From the NCBI GenBank assembly GCA_965285935.1, contig OZ260664.1:31744001-31808000 (forward strand): DNA of 64,000 nt. Direction: 5' to 3'. This document shows positions 1 to 10,972 of this stretch, in pieces. Under the pieces are notes generated by a model. That model was not told the origin of the DNA. It did not search any database and saw nothing but the letters and a program-made list of their open reading frames with translations. The position numbers and the translations under genes are program-made. Position 1 is the stretch's first letter. The number at the start of each line of letters is the position of its first letter. Source of the stretch: Ophelia neglecta. Lineage: Eukaryota.

Positions 1-252
1 GGTGATTCTGAAGCCATGGCGCAGGCCCTGGAGGATGAACTCGGCATCCGGGTCATTGGAGGCAGTAAGTTCCTCCTCCCAGGCGGGTAGGGAGGCAGCG
101 ATGGACCCTTTAGGCGGTATCTGAGGAAGATTGGTTGGTGGGGGAAGTGGTTGTGAGTCCACGGGCGAGGCTGGTTGGTGGTGGCGTTTGTCGTCATCAG
201 GGCAGGTCGGCAGGGTAGGGGTGTCCAGTGCTAGTTTGCGTTTTTTGAGTGG
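1..252 (-). CDS. pol: N-terminal part of RT/RNase H ORF2 (partial, no ATG, -1 frame relative to gag)
   Basis: Manual translation of 84 open codons after TGA at 255-253: PLKKRKLALDTP...LPAWEEELTASNDPDAEFILQGLRHGFRIT. W-x-DPD-x-FIL-x-G-x-R-x-GF-x-I is the block that precedes RT in DIRS/Ngaro elements. Not listed in the ORF track. Confidence 0.8.
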
Positions 253-1685
253 TCACTGGCTGGGTGGTCGGTGGCGAAGCACGTGGAACACGCATGTGCA
301 TAGCGACACTGGGCAAAGTGACACTGGCCTCGGTTGTAATTCATGCACAATTCTCTGCCAGTTTTTGGGTCAATGGTACCAGTCCGTCTGGGTAGTGGGG
401 CTTTCTTACTGATCATGTTGACCGTTGGGGCCGTGGGCTGCTGGCGGGCCATCAGGTGGACACTGGAGAGGTGTTGAACATCCACCCCCCAGGGGAAACC
501 CAGTTCTGCCTGTAGGTGACGATATTCTCTGTCATAGAGGAGTACTGACTCCCACTCAAAGCGTAGTGCCAGCTGGTGTACTTTTACCGTATATGCCAGG
601 TATGTGGAGATCTGGGGGAGGGGAAGGGACCTCTCTTCCAATAGACGGTTTAATATCCGAGTGTTGGCGATCCCCCACTGATGGGGACTTATTTTATGGA
701 GCTGTGGCTTGCGCGGTCCTGTTTCGAGTACAATCTTACCCCCTGTGCCTGGGACCTCGACGCGTTCCCTTTCGACTAGGAGACCGGGCACGAAATCCAC
801 AATTTCAAGGGCAGCTTTACTCTTACCCTGCGGGTTGAGCAGGATGGCCGGGTCGTGGTAGTCCAAGTGTGCGGGCGGCCGAAGGAGCGTAGGCCTAGCT
901 GGTTCTGAGGCTTGATTGGTGTGGGGTGGCTGTACCAAGAGTGCTTGGAGAGCCTCATGGAGAGGGGCTGATTGTTGTGGAGCGTTAAGCTGTATGGGAT
1001 AATCCGGGGTGGCAGGCTGTCCCTTGGCAGGAAGAGGTGGCTGGGATGACATCCGAGGTGCCATCGGTTGGCCTGCTGGGGTGCCAATAGGAGGTTGGAC
1101 AAGGTCTGTTTTGGCAGCTATCCTACGCAGGATGAGTACCTGGCGAAAAGGGGGTGGCTTGTTACCTTCTCGGGAGGCCAGGAGTTCCTCTAAACTGTCA
1201 GGGTCCAGGTCTGCCAGGTGTTCCGGGTGAGTGAAGCCCTCCGAGTTGAGCCACTCTATAATATCTGCCGATAGACCTTGATCTGTCAGGGTGTTGGTGG
1301 CGAGGGGCAAGGTTGGGGGCTTGTCACTAGAAGGGCGGCCGGTCTTCCTTGTACGGGCCCTGGCGTCTGACTGTGGTGTTTCTGTGATTGGGTTCAGCCT
1401 GATGTCCTTGTTACGGGGGGGTTCCAGTGTAGCTGCTGTGGACTGCAGTGCTGGATCGTGGGTGGTAGTTGGTTGTCCCGACATGTGTGGTGTGTGCTGA
1501 GTGGCCTGGGGTGGCATGTGCTGAAGCCACTGGTTAAGCTGACCTGGCGTTGCTGGAGTATGCTGATACGTCTGCTGGCCATGAGGTGCCTGCATTGGCT
1601 CTTGTGTAGAGTTCCAGGCAGCTAGAGGTCCGGCTGGGCCAAGTATTGCCAAGTCTAAGTTGAACTGGTCTGTCTGAAAAGCCAT
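231..1685 (-). CDS. gag: Gag-like ORF1 protein of DIRS/Ngaro-type retrotransposon, 484 aa
   Basis: The track ORF 231..1733 uses GTG; the first ATG at 1685 has a strong Kozak context (GCACCATGG). Q/P-rich N-terminus, SAM-like segment (LSADIIEWLNSEGF...QVLILRRIA), conserved gag block YLAYTVKVHQLALRFEWESVLLYDREYRHLQAELGFPWG, C-terminal CMNYNRGQCHFAQCRYAHACSTC zinc finger. Confidence 0.85.
   Translation of the reverse strand: MAFQTDQFNLDLAILGPAGPLAAWNSTQEPMQAPHGQQTYQHTPATPGQLNQWLQHMPPQATQHTPHMSGQPTTTHDPALQSTAATLEPPRNKDIRLNPITETPQSDARARTRKTGRPSSDKPPTLPLATNTLTDQGLSADIIEWLNSEGFTHPEHLADLDPDSLEELLASREGNKPPPFRQVLILRRIAAKTDLVQPPIGTPAGQPMAPRMSSQPPLPAKGQPATPDYPIQLNAPQQSAPLHEALQALLVQPPHTNQASEPARPTLLRPPAHLDYHDPAILLNPQGKSKAALEIVDFVPGLLVERERVEVPGTGGKIVLETGPRKPQLHKISPHQWGIANTRILNRLLEERSLPLPQISTYLAYTVKVHQLALRFEWESVLLYDREYRHLQAELGFPWGVDVQHLSSVHLMARQQPTAPTVNMISKKAPLPRRTGTIDPKTGRELCMNYNRGQCHFAQCRYAHACSTCFATDHPASDHSKNAN
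240..246 (-). other. Candidate -1 programmed ribosomal frameshift slippery heptamer A_AAA_AAC
   Basis: The gag frame reads TCA AAA AAC GCA AAC TAG; the -1 frame reads AAA AAA CGC AAA CTA, which is the RT frame. Confidence 0.7.
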
Positions 1686-1740
1686 GGTGCAGAGGAGGCA
1701 GAGACAAAACCTGCTGACGCGTCCCGCGGACACTAAAGGA

Positions 1741-1775
1741 AGACTGAAGGCCCATGGTATGGGGTTGCCTTATAT
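1741..1775 (-). promoter_or_regulatory. Internal Pol II core promoter of the retrotransposon (TATA + Inr)
   Basis: Minus-strand TATAAG starts at 1774 and Inr TCAGTC has its +1 A at 1745 (29-bp spacing), 60 nt upstream of the gag ATG. Confidence 0.55.
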
Positions 1776-4423
1776 CCCTGAGCTTGACACTTACAGTACA
1801 CAAACTGCACCCCTAATGGCAATTGAAGTCTGGTCTGGTACAGATGCTGGGGCCAGGCCCCAGGCCTGTCCAAGCGAAGGGGGAGAGACTGGGTGGCACA
1901 CAGTCTTCCTGATTGCACTCCAGGCCCTCCGAAAACACAAGGGCTGGTAGACACCAGTGCCACCGGTGTCTGCAGTGAACGACACCTAACCAGGTGTGAA
2001 ATAAAACAACAAGATATGAGCTGGCAGAGTCATCCATGCTTACCCTATTTTTAACACAACCTCAGTACAGAGGTTACATTTATACTGAAGAGGATTGCTT
2101 GAGGATCATAGCTTCATTAGTCCTATACTGCCGACTTGTTTTGCTAAAAGACAAATCCCAGAAAACGACTGTCTTGTGGAGAAGGAGTCAGCTTGAGACT
2201 TACTCCTGTGGAGAAGAAGCATTGTACTTGTCTTTGGAGTTCTATCTATTTTGTATGGTTAGCCTTGTCCTCTGGCCCCATAATGAGTTGGTGAGGTCAC
2301 TGAGCCACAGAACAGCCAATTCATCAGACAGGGATCTGGCAATAGCTTGATCACAGAAAAAAGCAGTAGATGTTTCCTTGCAAGTTTCAATACTGTCAAG
2401 CATTGGTATGGACTTATCTTATGGTTGCATGGGCAGACATATAGATGTGTGTGCATTCTCTAACAATAAATCTAGTAAATAAATGTCTGGGTTGTCTTCT
2501 TGGTAAGGCACCAGTTGCTCTGCTGGCCAATACCAGCCAGTAATTTCACTTGTTAGGCAACAGTCTGAAGTTGATTCTCAGATATTATGAATCATGGCAG
2601 TGAATCAGATCGTTTTTTTGTCCCATCAGTTAGAGTATTGGGAGACATGATTTAATTCCTCATGTTCTTGCCAGGCCATTTTTAACTAAATAGTCTTTGC
2701 GCTGTAGCCTTGTACGGGGTTTTCCTCCCTAAACATGTATCATACCTTCCTATCTGCTATTTGAAGCCCAAAACCTGATTCTTACTTAAAGCAGGCTGAT
2801 GCCTCCTATTTCTGATCCTTTACCAAGGCCACAAAAGTCAAAGTTTCATTGATTTTGCCATAAATAACTTGAACTTGCTCCACCTATAAACAGCAGGCTA
2901 GAGATTCACATGACCAGAGCCTTTTGGATCATTTTCGTATGGGTAGCTGGTGTGTCTCTATACTTTTAACTACATGGAGGCTAGAATCTTAATGGTTTTT
3001 TAATGTATTCATGCATCCATTCTGGACATTCAGAGATCAGATATTGATACCAGTGTTTATGTAAGAATTTTTGTAAACTTTTCGCCTGCCTTGTTAGATT
3101 TTCTCAGTTGTGTCTGATGCAGACTACAGTTTTAAATGACCTCTGGCTTACTTACAATGACAACATGTGTGCTGCTGACAGGGTGTTTTGATGTTGACTG
3201 AGTCCTATAGCACAATGTCTTACAGCTGTCCGCGAGCTGTATGTCCTTATAGGCTCTGAATAGACCAGCATAAAGTGTAGCTTGTTCCTCATCAGGCGGC
3301 AGTAGTCCGTGTAACCCTTGCACTTTGCCTCAAGCTCCCATAGATACCTATAGATACCCCTGAGCTAACAGTAATAGCACTTGTTATAAGGACTGTGCAA
3401 AAAGTGTTAATCTCTTCTGATGTTTCATTGTTAAAATTTTGTAGTTTAGATTTTACAGCGCTGGGTGTAAGGCCAACCGGTTTTGGGCAGGGTCTGTAGT
3501 GTACTGGAAACAAACTATACTTTGGTTTTGGCCTCATCGAACTGAAATTGATAAAGACTTTCAGTTCTGTCTGATGATTTTAAAAACACAAAAAGGAAAT
3601 TCCATATTCCAACACATTTAAAATAAGTGACATTCTCTATGAGTGTGAGGAAACAGTCTGCGGCAGGTTTGTTGGTAGATTAATAAACTTGGAGTGTTCC
3701 TAAGAAAACACATTAAAAGTACAAATGTATGTTTTAAGATGCTATAAATCTTGAGTAAAGCACAGGCTGATGGCTCTGCCCACAATGTGTGCTGCTCATT
3801 TGGTAGCTAAAAGCCTCTCATAAGGTGTTGTTTAATGCGGAAATATAGCACTAATTATGAAGGCAATTTGTTAGTCTGCCCATTATACAGGAGCTTCAAT
3901 CCATCATTTTGCTTTGAGAACCTGTCATTATTTGGACATCTTAGGAAAGGAGTTTTATGAAAGAAAAGACAGTGAGAGTCATCTCCTTCTTGTTTACTTT
4001 GAATTTATCTTTGCTGCAATTCAGCAAACACAATCATGTAGTGGCTTTTGCAAATTAAGCCAAACTTCTTGATATGAAAGCAATATCACAAGTAGATAAG
4101 TCAATGAATGATGTTATTGAATTGTATTTACCTACTGAACAGAACAAAGCAGGTCAGATCTTACTGTAAATTAGTTGAGAATATTGACAGGGACACTCTG
4201 TCAGTAATAATAGCCTTTGGGGAAATGTAATCAATAACCAGGCTGCTTGGGAAGGTAAAGTCACTTCTGGGTGTCACTTGTACCTTATTTTCTGGTTTTC
4301 TGGCAGTCATTAGTAGGCCTAAGATGACTGATGTGAATTTTTTTTATTTATGTCCTTGTGCACACTAAGTTAATATCTGGAGATTTGTTCTACTTCTACA
4401 ATATGCGAGGTGCTGACTTGTTC

Positions 4424-4558
4424 AGCAGTAATACTGGCTGGTATATCAGTAGTACTGGCTGGTTTATCAGTTGTACGGCGGGTTTATGAGTAGTACGGCG
4501 GGTTTATGAGTAGTACTGACTGGTTTATCAGTACTGGTTTATCAGTAATACTGGCTGG
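4424..4558. repeat. Minisatellite, 20-21 bp unit (agtagtactggctggtttatc), ~6 copies
   Basis: Direct tandem units at 4447, 4468, 4488, 4508. Confidence 0.9.
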
Positions 4559-5046
4559 CTCCTTGGCCCTCCAACCCTCCTTGGCTCTCCTGCACTCCTA
4601 GGCTCTCTTGCACTCCTTGGCTCTCCTGCACTCCTTGGCTCTCCTGCACTCCTCGGCTCTCCTGCCCTCCCCAGTTCTGCCCTCATGGGGTCTCCTCTGC
4701 TCTCCTGCCCTCTTCGGCTCTTTTGCCTTCGGCTCTCCTGACATCTTTGGCTCTCCTGCCCACCTTGGCTCTCCCGCACTCCTTGGCTCTCCTTCCCTCC
4801 TCGGCTCTCCTGCCCTCCCCAGTTCTGCCCTCATGGGGTCTCCTCGGCTCTACTGCCCTCTTCGGCTCTCCTGCCCTAGCCTATCCTGACATCCTTGGCT
4901 AATCTGCCCTCCTGCACTCCTCGGCTCTCCTGCCCTCCTCGGCTCTCCTGCCCTCCCCAGTTCTGCCCTCCTGCACTCCTCGGCTCTCCTGCCCTCCTTG
5001 ACGTTCCTACCCTCCTTGGCTCTCCTGCCCTCCCCGACTCTCCTGT
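4559..5046. repeat. Minisatellite, 18-bp unit (ggctctcctgcactcctt) with an interspersed ccccagttctgccctc variant
   Basis: Period 18 (4583, 4601 ...). Source of the spurious AGEPRS/LLGSPA ORFs. Confidence 0.95.
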
Positions 5047-8000
5047 AAGCCATGCCCCTTGGGTGCCAAACTCTTTTCTTCCACTACAACTGCCTTACTC
5101 CTGACACGTTCTTTGTCAAAGTCAAGTTTCAGCCACTAATTAAAGGTGGCGTGCAGCAGTTTTTATAGTAGATTAGCACATAAGCTGTCTTCTCTGTCAG
5201 GTTATGGTCGGCTCATGCCTGTTTCAGTATCAATTACCACCGGTTGTGTAGGGATTTTGTCTAATTTTGGTATCTGGTTGCCCCATGAATTGTTATGGAT
5301 GGCTATGCCCCCTGGTTTTGAAAGAGATGTCCATCGGGTTGACAGTAAAAACTGTGCTGATCTTTTGTCTGGAGTAGTAAATACAAGACCGGAGACATCG
5401 CTGGCAGAAAGCTATTAAATCTGTCGCTGATACCACTCTGCATTATAAATCAGCCATGAACAACTGTGGGAGAATGTTGCACGGTCTTGTGTTCTGATGG
5501 CCTCATAAACTGGTCTCTCAAAGAAGGTCATCTTAAGAAACGGACTCCTCTGCTCTCCGTAGTTCTCTATATATATAATAGTCAGACATCAGCTTATAGT
5601 CTATACTGTTAGGGATAAGGTACATGTAGCGTTATCAGGATATCACAGGAATACACAGGGTATTAGGCTAATCATGATAACCCAGGACCTCTTACGATTC
5701 CAGACACTGAGATGGTTCAAGTAGCAAGTACATGGCTATAAACAACTGTAGAACCCTATAGTCACTCACTGCCAAACGTGAAGAGAGTTTGTAATATGGT
5801 TAATGTTACAATGTCCATCTGGGTCAATGATCCTGCTATAAATCAGACTGTGTGAAGCCCAATGATGGTTTAAGCCTAATATCACAAAACCTTAACCATG
5901 TTGTGACCAAGCACCAGACACTGCTATGCTTTCTCAGTCAATCCTAGTAATGGGGTAATCATCTGAGTGTCCTTCCATGTCCATTGTTTACACTGGCTGC
6001 CCCAGATTTGATCCAAGATATTGTCTCACTAGAGTCATCGGATTCCTCCACTGAAATGCAGTTACTCAAATATACAGTCTCATTCTTAGTTTTTTTCAAC
6101 TAATTCTAAATAAACCAAGTGTATATATTACTTAACCATTAAAAAACCGTTTGCTTGTTAGAGCAGTGTTGACCATCGAAACTTTTATTTATCAGATATT
6201 TACATTTATAAATTAGTGAGAGGTTAGTATGGTCCAGATCTCCTCTGTTCACCTGACTTATCTTACTATCAGTCACTCAGTGACTTTTGCCTGTATTATA
6301 TGTTCAATATGGAGATTATCAACTAACAGTTGATCCCCTCCCCTTTTTAAGCTACCTCAAGTCACGTTCTGGTCAGCTGGTCCCTGCTGTTTGCTGTATT
6401 AAATTGCTCTCTCAGAAATTGATTCACGCCATGAATCTGGCTGCGGAATCTGGTCTCACTTCTATTGTTTCGGTGATATGCCTGGAATCAAAACACGGAG
6501 CTTTGCCGTGTTGTTCCTAAGATGATCTAGACATGTTGAGGGTCAGCCAGCCAAAACACACACCAGTTAAACTGTTATTTGAGAGCATTAGGCTGGCTAG
6601 GAGCAACAAACAAAACCAACTGTTTGGCATATAGTGAAATGTCTGGAGTATCATCTAAATATAAAAAAAAAGAAATCAGAAATCCTAGCCCTCTGTCTTA
6701 GCTGATAACTTTTATGAACGCAATAAGATACTAGTATATGTGTGTGAATTATTAAGTACACTTGACCATTGGAATATAGTTATATATTACTTACAGCATG
6801 AAATAAGTGTAACGATTTGTACCGGTATTTCCTGTTTGCTAGTAATCTGGTTTTCAAGCTACTCTGTGACTCAGGTGGTATGTATGTCACATAGGGTAAG
6901 ACGTGCATGAGCAGAGATTGATGATAATTAATGAAACACATAATAGACCCCTGCTCCACCTGGTCTTGTATTGATTGACTTACCTCAACGTCCTCCCCCT
7001 CCATGTTATTATACAGGTATTAATTCAGAATACCTTTTTATATTAGGTGTTAGTGCACACTTCTAGGTATCATTGAGATACTAGATTCCTAGCAGTATCT
7101 TTGGCTTTGAAGGGTTGTGTATTATGAACCCTACTTTACATTCTTTCAAGCTCCTTGACTACATTCCTGAGTCATATTAGCATGATTTTCGCTGGCATGT
7201 ACCCCCCAGCTTGTGTCGGTGCGTGTCCTACATGTGCCCTGACATTCCATGGGGTCGCCCTGTCGGCAGCTTCTCATAAAGATGGCAGGCCATGTACATA
7301 CATATCAGACCAAAAACAAGATAAAATAGGAGCTTCTCCTATTTGTTGGTCATCCTATGATTTATAAGCATCATAGCTTGCACGGCGGCCATGTCAGAGA
7401 TATCAGTGTCTTAAGAAAAACCAAAAAAAAGCCATCCTCCAACCTGACATACGTGTTCAGCACTTCCCACCACATAAACCAAGTTTATAACTCAAACTAT
7501 TATGTAACCTATTTGTTTTATATATTGGCGGTGAGCTTGTACATATGGCAGGTTTATCTTAACGAGCTTACCAATAATATTCATTCCTGGATTATTGGAA
7601 TATACATGCACAGTATATGATGTAGTATATTTTACACGGGAATAAATATGTACTGCCATAAGTAGGCCTTACAACAACATTAAAGGTGACTTATATATGC
7701 CCTGGGTCACCAGGTTTTGCAGAGCATGCTGTGTTTACTACAGATTTTATTTGGCCAATAGCTAATTTTGGGCATTCTACAGGGAAAAATTAATTCCAGC
7801 AAGCTTTGCTAGTAAAGATGAAATTTTAAGCAACAATAGTGAATGATATGAACATTCAATCAATTATCTGCTATTGTCGAAAGTTATTGTCACTTTTTCA
7901 GAATGTGCTAGGTCAGTTTTATGAAAATGATAGTCATTTTTACGACATACCCCGAAGGCAACCCGAAGCACCGCATGATGCATCATGTGTCCATATTCAT

Positions 8001-9087
8001 AGTGAACTATCAGTTCAAAGATGTATTCACTTTCAATCTGCCACTCTCCTGTACAAAAATTCTGGTTGGTATAAAACAGGTAAAAAGTGGCAGACAAGGG
8101 AAAATTAGGGTAAATGTGTAAAATTGACCCAATTGTCACATACTGGTGTATAATATGCTGTATGAAGGAATCCCTTTGGTGTGGGGTGGGGCTGGGGGTA
8201 GTCTTTGTAAATAATAAATGAGAATAAACACCATTATCAATATCATGTACACAAACTGGGACATTCCTGCTCTCCTCAGAGGATTTTAGTATATTTTCAT
8301 GACATGGGTCAGGTAATTTGGTCAGCTATTCAATGAGGTTGATGAGTAGGAGAAAATTCGTCCTTCCAGGCCAACATTAGTCTTTTCGGGATCAATTGGA
8401 GAGATTGCTTTGTAGATGGTAATGATAATGGCGGTAGTCTGCGTACCTGACACATACAGTTACATGTATCTTGGTGGTACATATCACTGTTTGGTAAACT
8501 TAACACCGAGGCCAGCTCACTTTGTAATGTCTTCACTCAGCCTTGACCTATATTTAAGGGCCAAGGCTATCTTTTGTGTCACCACATGTAGACATTGCGT
8601 TCTTTGAACACACCATGTATTCAAGGTGGCCCTTGAACACCCTGTGCAGGAAATGCAATTAACTTTTGATATTTTGTATTCAGCTTAGTTTTACCATTCT
8701 ATTAACTTTAATTATTCCTGATAAGAGATTCTAGGACTGGTACCAATATATAACCTTTGGTGTTTAATTGAATTAATTAAGACACCAGTAGCTGTCTTCA
8801 TTGGGTTCCTTTGGTTCCAGCAGTCACCCTGCACGGTGTGTACTAGATGAGTTTTTATAACCAACATGTATTGTATTCTCTGTCTTGGATTGCATGCCAC
8901 ATTTCATTTCCCAGCAATTACTCACCAGGTTTTGTTTTACCCTGAATCTCTTCTTTGTATCAAACAGTCTTGCCTATTTCAGTTTTTTCACTCACACCTG
9001 CTGTTTTTGCCTGTTTTTATTCATCACAAAGCATCGGGCATGTTGTGAAGTTCTTCATGATGCCACTAAAATCATCTGCTGTTAATC

Positions 9088-9163
9088 AGAAAATATTTAG
9101 GATTTTCACGATAATCACAAAAATTCCGTTTTGTGATTATCGTGAAAATTGGGAATATTTCTA
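9088..9163. repeat. Inverted repeat / hairpin (perfect 21-bp stem, 6-nt loop, outer 10-bp stem)
   Basis: attttcacgataatcacaaaa (9102-9122) / ttttgtgattatcgtgaaaat (9129-9149); agaaaatatt / aatattttct on the outside. Confidence 0.9.
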
Positions 9164-10734
9164 CTAGAAAAAACATCTTGATGCCATATCCATACATAGC
9201 CCTATTGTCCATAGCAAACTACTCTCTAAACCTACTCTGTGACGAAATTTCTTTGGTCGAACATATACATGTATGGTAAAAAGAGATCTGCGAAATTGTC
9301 TTGGTTTAAAGTAATGTGTTGTTTCCATTCCCGAGAGTTGTCTCAGCTGTTCATCAATTATTGAGTCAATAACTGTGGGATGAGAGTTTTGTATGTGGAT
9401 ATTAAGTTAGGAGGAGGTTCACCTGGGAGACATACGTGCAAGAACAATAGATACAGAATGGACTAGAAGGTATTAATGGATTTGCCTTTTTTTATCACAT
9501 TATCTCTCTGATGTCCAGTAAATAGGAAAATGTACTTGTAACCAAATTGATCAATTCTCGCTGTCTCAATTTGCATATTGATGAGTGAATAATGACTTTC
9601 CAAATGGAACATCATGTTTTGTTATGAAATAATGACTGGACAGTTTGTGCCTTTTGAAATATCATGGCCAGTTCGAGTAAGTTCCTGATTTATTAAAACA
9701 ATAATACTAGCCCTTAGGGATATTTAAAAATCCTGTTAACTTACAAGCAACTTTTTGTGTGTGCAGATTTTGAGAGGGAGTAATATAAGCAAACAAAAGT
9801 CCCCAATACCAGGTGAGTACCGGGTATTTAGATTTGCATTCTAATACTTTGATATTCCTAAGTTATAAACCATTGGAAATCAAGATGATATAAGAACATG
9901 AAATACCTTGTTATGATTAAAGAAAGGTCTCATAAAAGTGATTTGCCAATAATATCATCATTTGCTTCCCAATATTTTCAATCATTTCAAAGATCCATTC
10001 TTGGCTTAATATTCAATGGAAGTGTGCAGATCAAAAGCAAGACTAAAGCAGTTTGAAGTTGCATCTGTATTCTGTAGATTACTACCCTGGTATATAGTTA
10101 TTTGATAATGGCAAGTAACTATTCAACAATAAAAGGACATCCATGAGATATGAGAATAAAATGGTGATTCGAGCAAATTTTATCAGACAAATTAGAATCT
10201 CAGGACCTAGTATCATCAATTTTGACTTGTAATTTATTAGCTAGCTTTTTTAATTTGTTTCTTGTTATAGTTTTCAAAGTTTCACATATATTGGTGAAGT
10301 TCAAAACAACAAACACAATGAACATTCATTTTATAGTTGAAAAAACAATCATGATCATTCTTTACACTTGTGGGCTTTGGTGAAGCTTTTTACTAAAGCA
10401 ATGATGATGGTATGACACCCATGACAATATAAATACGGACTCCTTCTTTAAGACATTTGGATTCAAACATGCTTAAATCTTCAGTTCCAACCAGTAACGG
10501 GGAAACCATCTCTTTACAATAGAATTAAACCTTAATGGGCAATTCATTATCTCCCCAGTTATTTAATGAATGTCTTTTGCATTGTTCATTGAACAGAAAC
10601 ATTTGCTTAGTTTATGACTGCACAGGGATGCTTTTTGTGAGTCTGATGATCATATTATACCAGCAGCATAAAGTCTGGAGACTAGTTGTGCGAAAAAAAA
10701 ATACTCGAAGCATCAAATATGAAATCTATGCATG

Positions 10735-10972
10735 TGTGACGCACTCACATGGTGAACGCTGATTGGCCCAGAAAGCAAATGACGCTTGGCCTACTATCGG
10801 CGATGACGTCACCACCAGAAGGCAGTGGCACCCAGAGACACAGTGCTCTGGCAAAACGCGTCACTTGCCTTCGGGTTTAGATAGGTCAAACGTCATACAT
10901 AGCAAGCCAATTAGAGGCAACCTTTTTTTAAACACACCAATTACACATAGACAATAGGCTATGTGCGTCAGC
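10735..10972. promoter_or_regulatory. Putative CRE/CCAAT-rich cis-regulatory module
   Basis: Full TGACGTCA at 10804; TGACG/CGTCA at 10737, 10780, 10859, 10891, 10966; CCAAT/ATTGG at 10762, 10907, 10937. Confidence 0.5.

Larger units (their letters stand above)
1..2003 (-). mobile_element. 5' portion of a tyrosine-recombinase retrotransposon (DIRS order, Ngaro-like); continues beyond the window start
   Basis: GC- and CpG-rich block that ends abruptly near 2000. It contains an intact gag-like ORF1 followed by an overlapping ORF with the typical N-terminal block of DIRS/Ngaro RT. The 5' boundary is estimated from composition only. Confidence 0.85.
2400..5560 (-). mobile_element. Highly degraded Ty3/Gypsy-like LTR retrotransposon remnant
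   Basis: Frameshifted minus-strand fragments in gag-RT-RH-IN order: SLRDQFMR (~5510), IKQHL (~3830), YSLFPVHYRP (~3500), AKSLQKFLHKH and RHTSYP (~3080-2950), DYLVKNG (~2685), NPDI (~2490). All matches are weak and judged by eye. Confidence 0.4.

Noticed and set aside
131-1985. Short ORFs overlapping or antisense to gag
   Set aside because: Shadow ORFs of a GC-rich coding region with no recognisable motifs; the GTG start at 1733 is less plausible than the Kozak ATG at 1685.
4528-5104. AGEPRS / LLGSPA repeat ORFs
   Set aside because: Minisatellite translation artefacts with frame switches.
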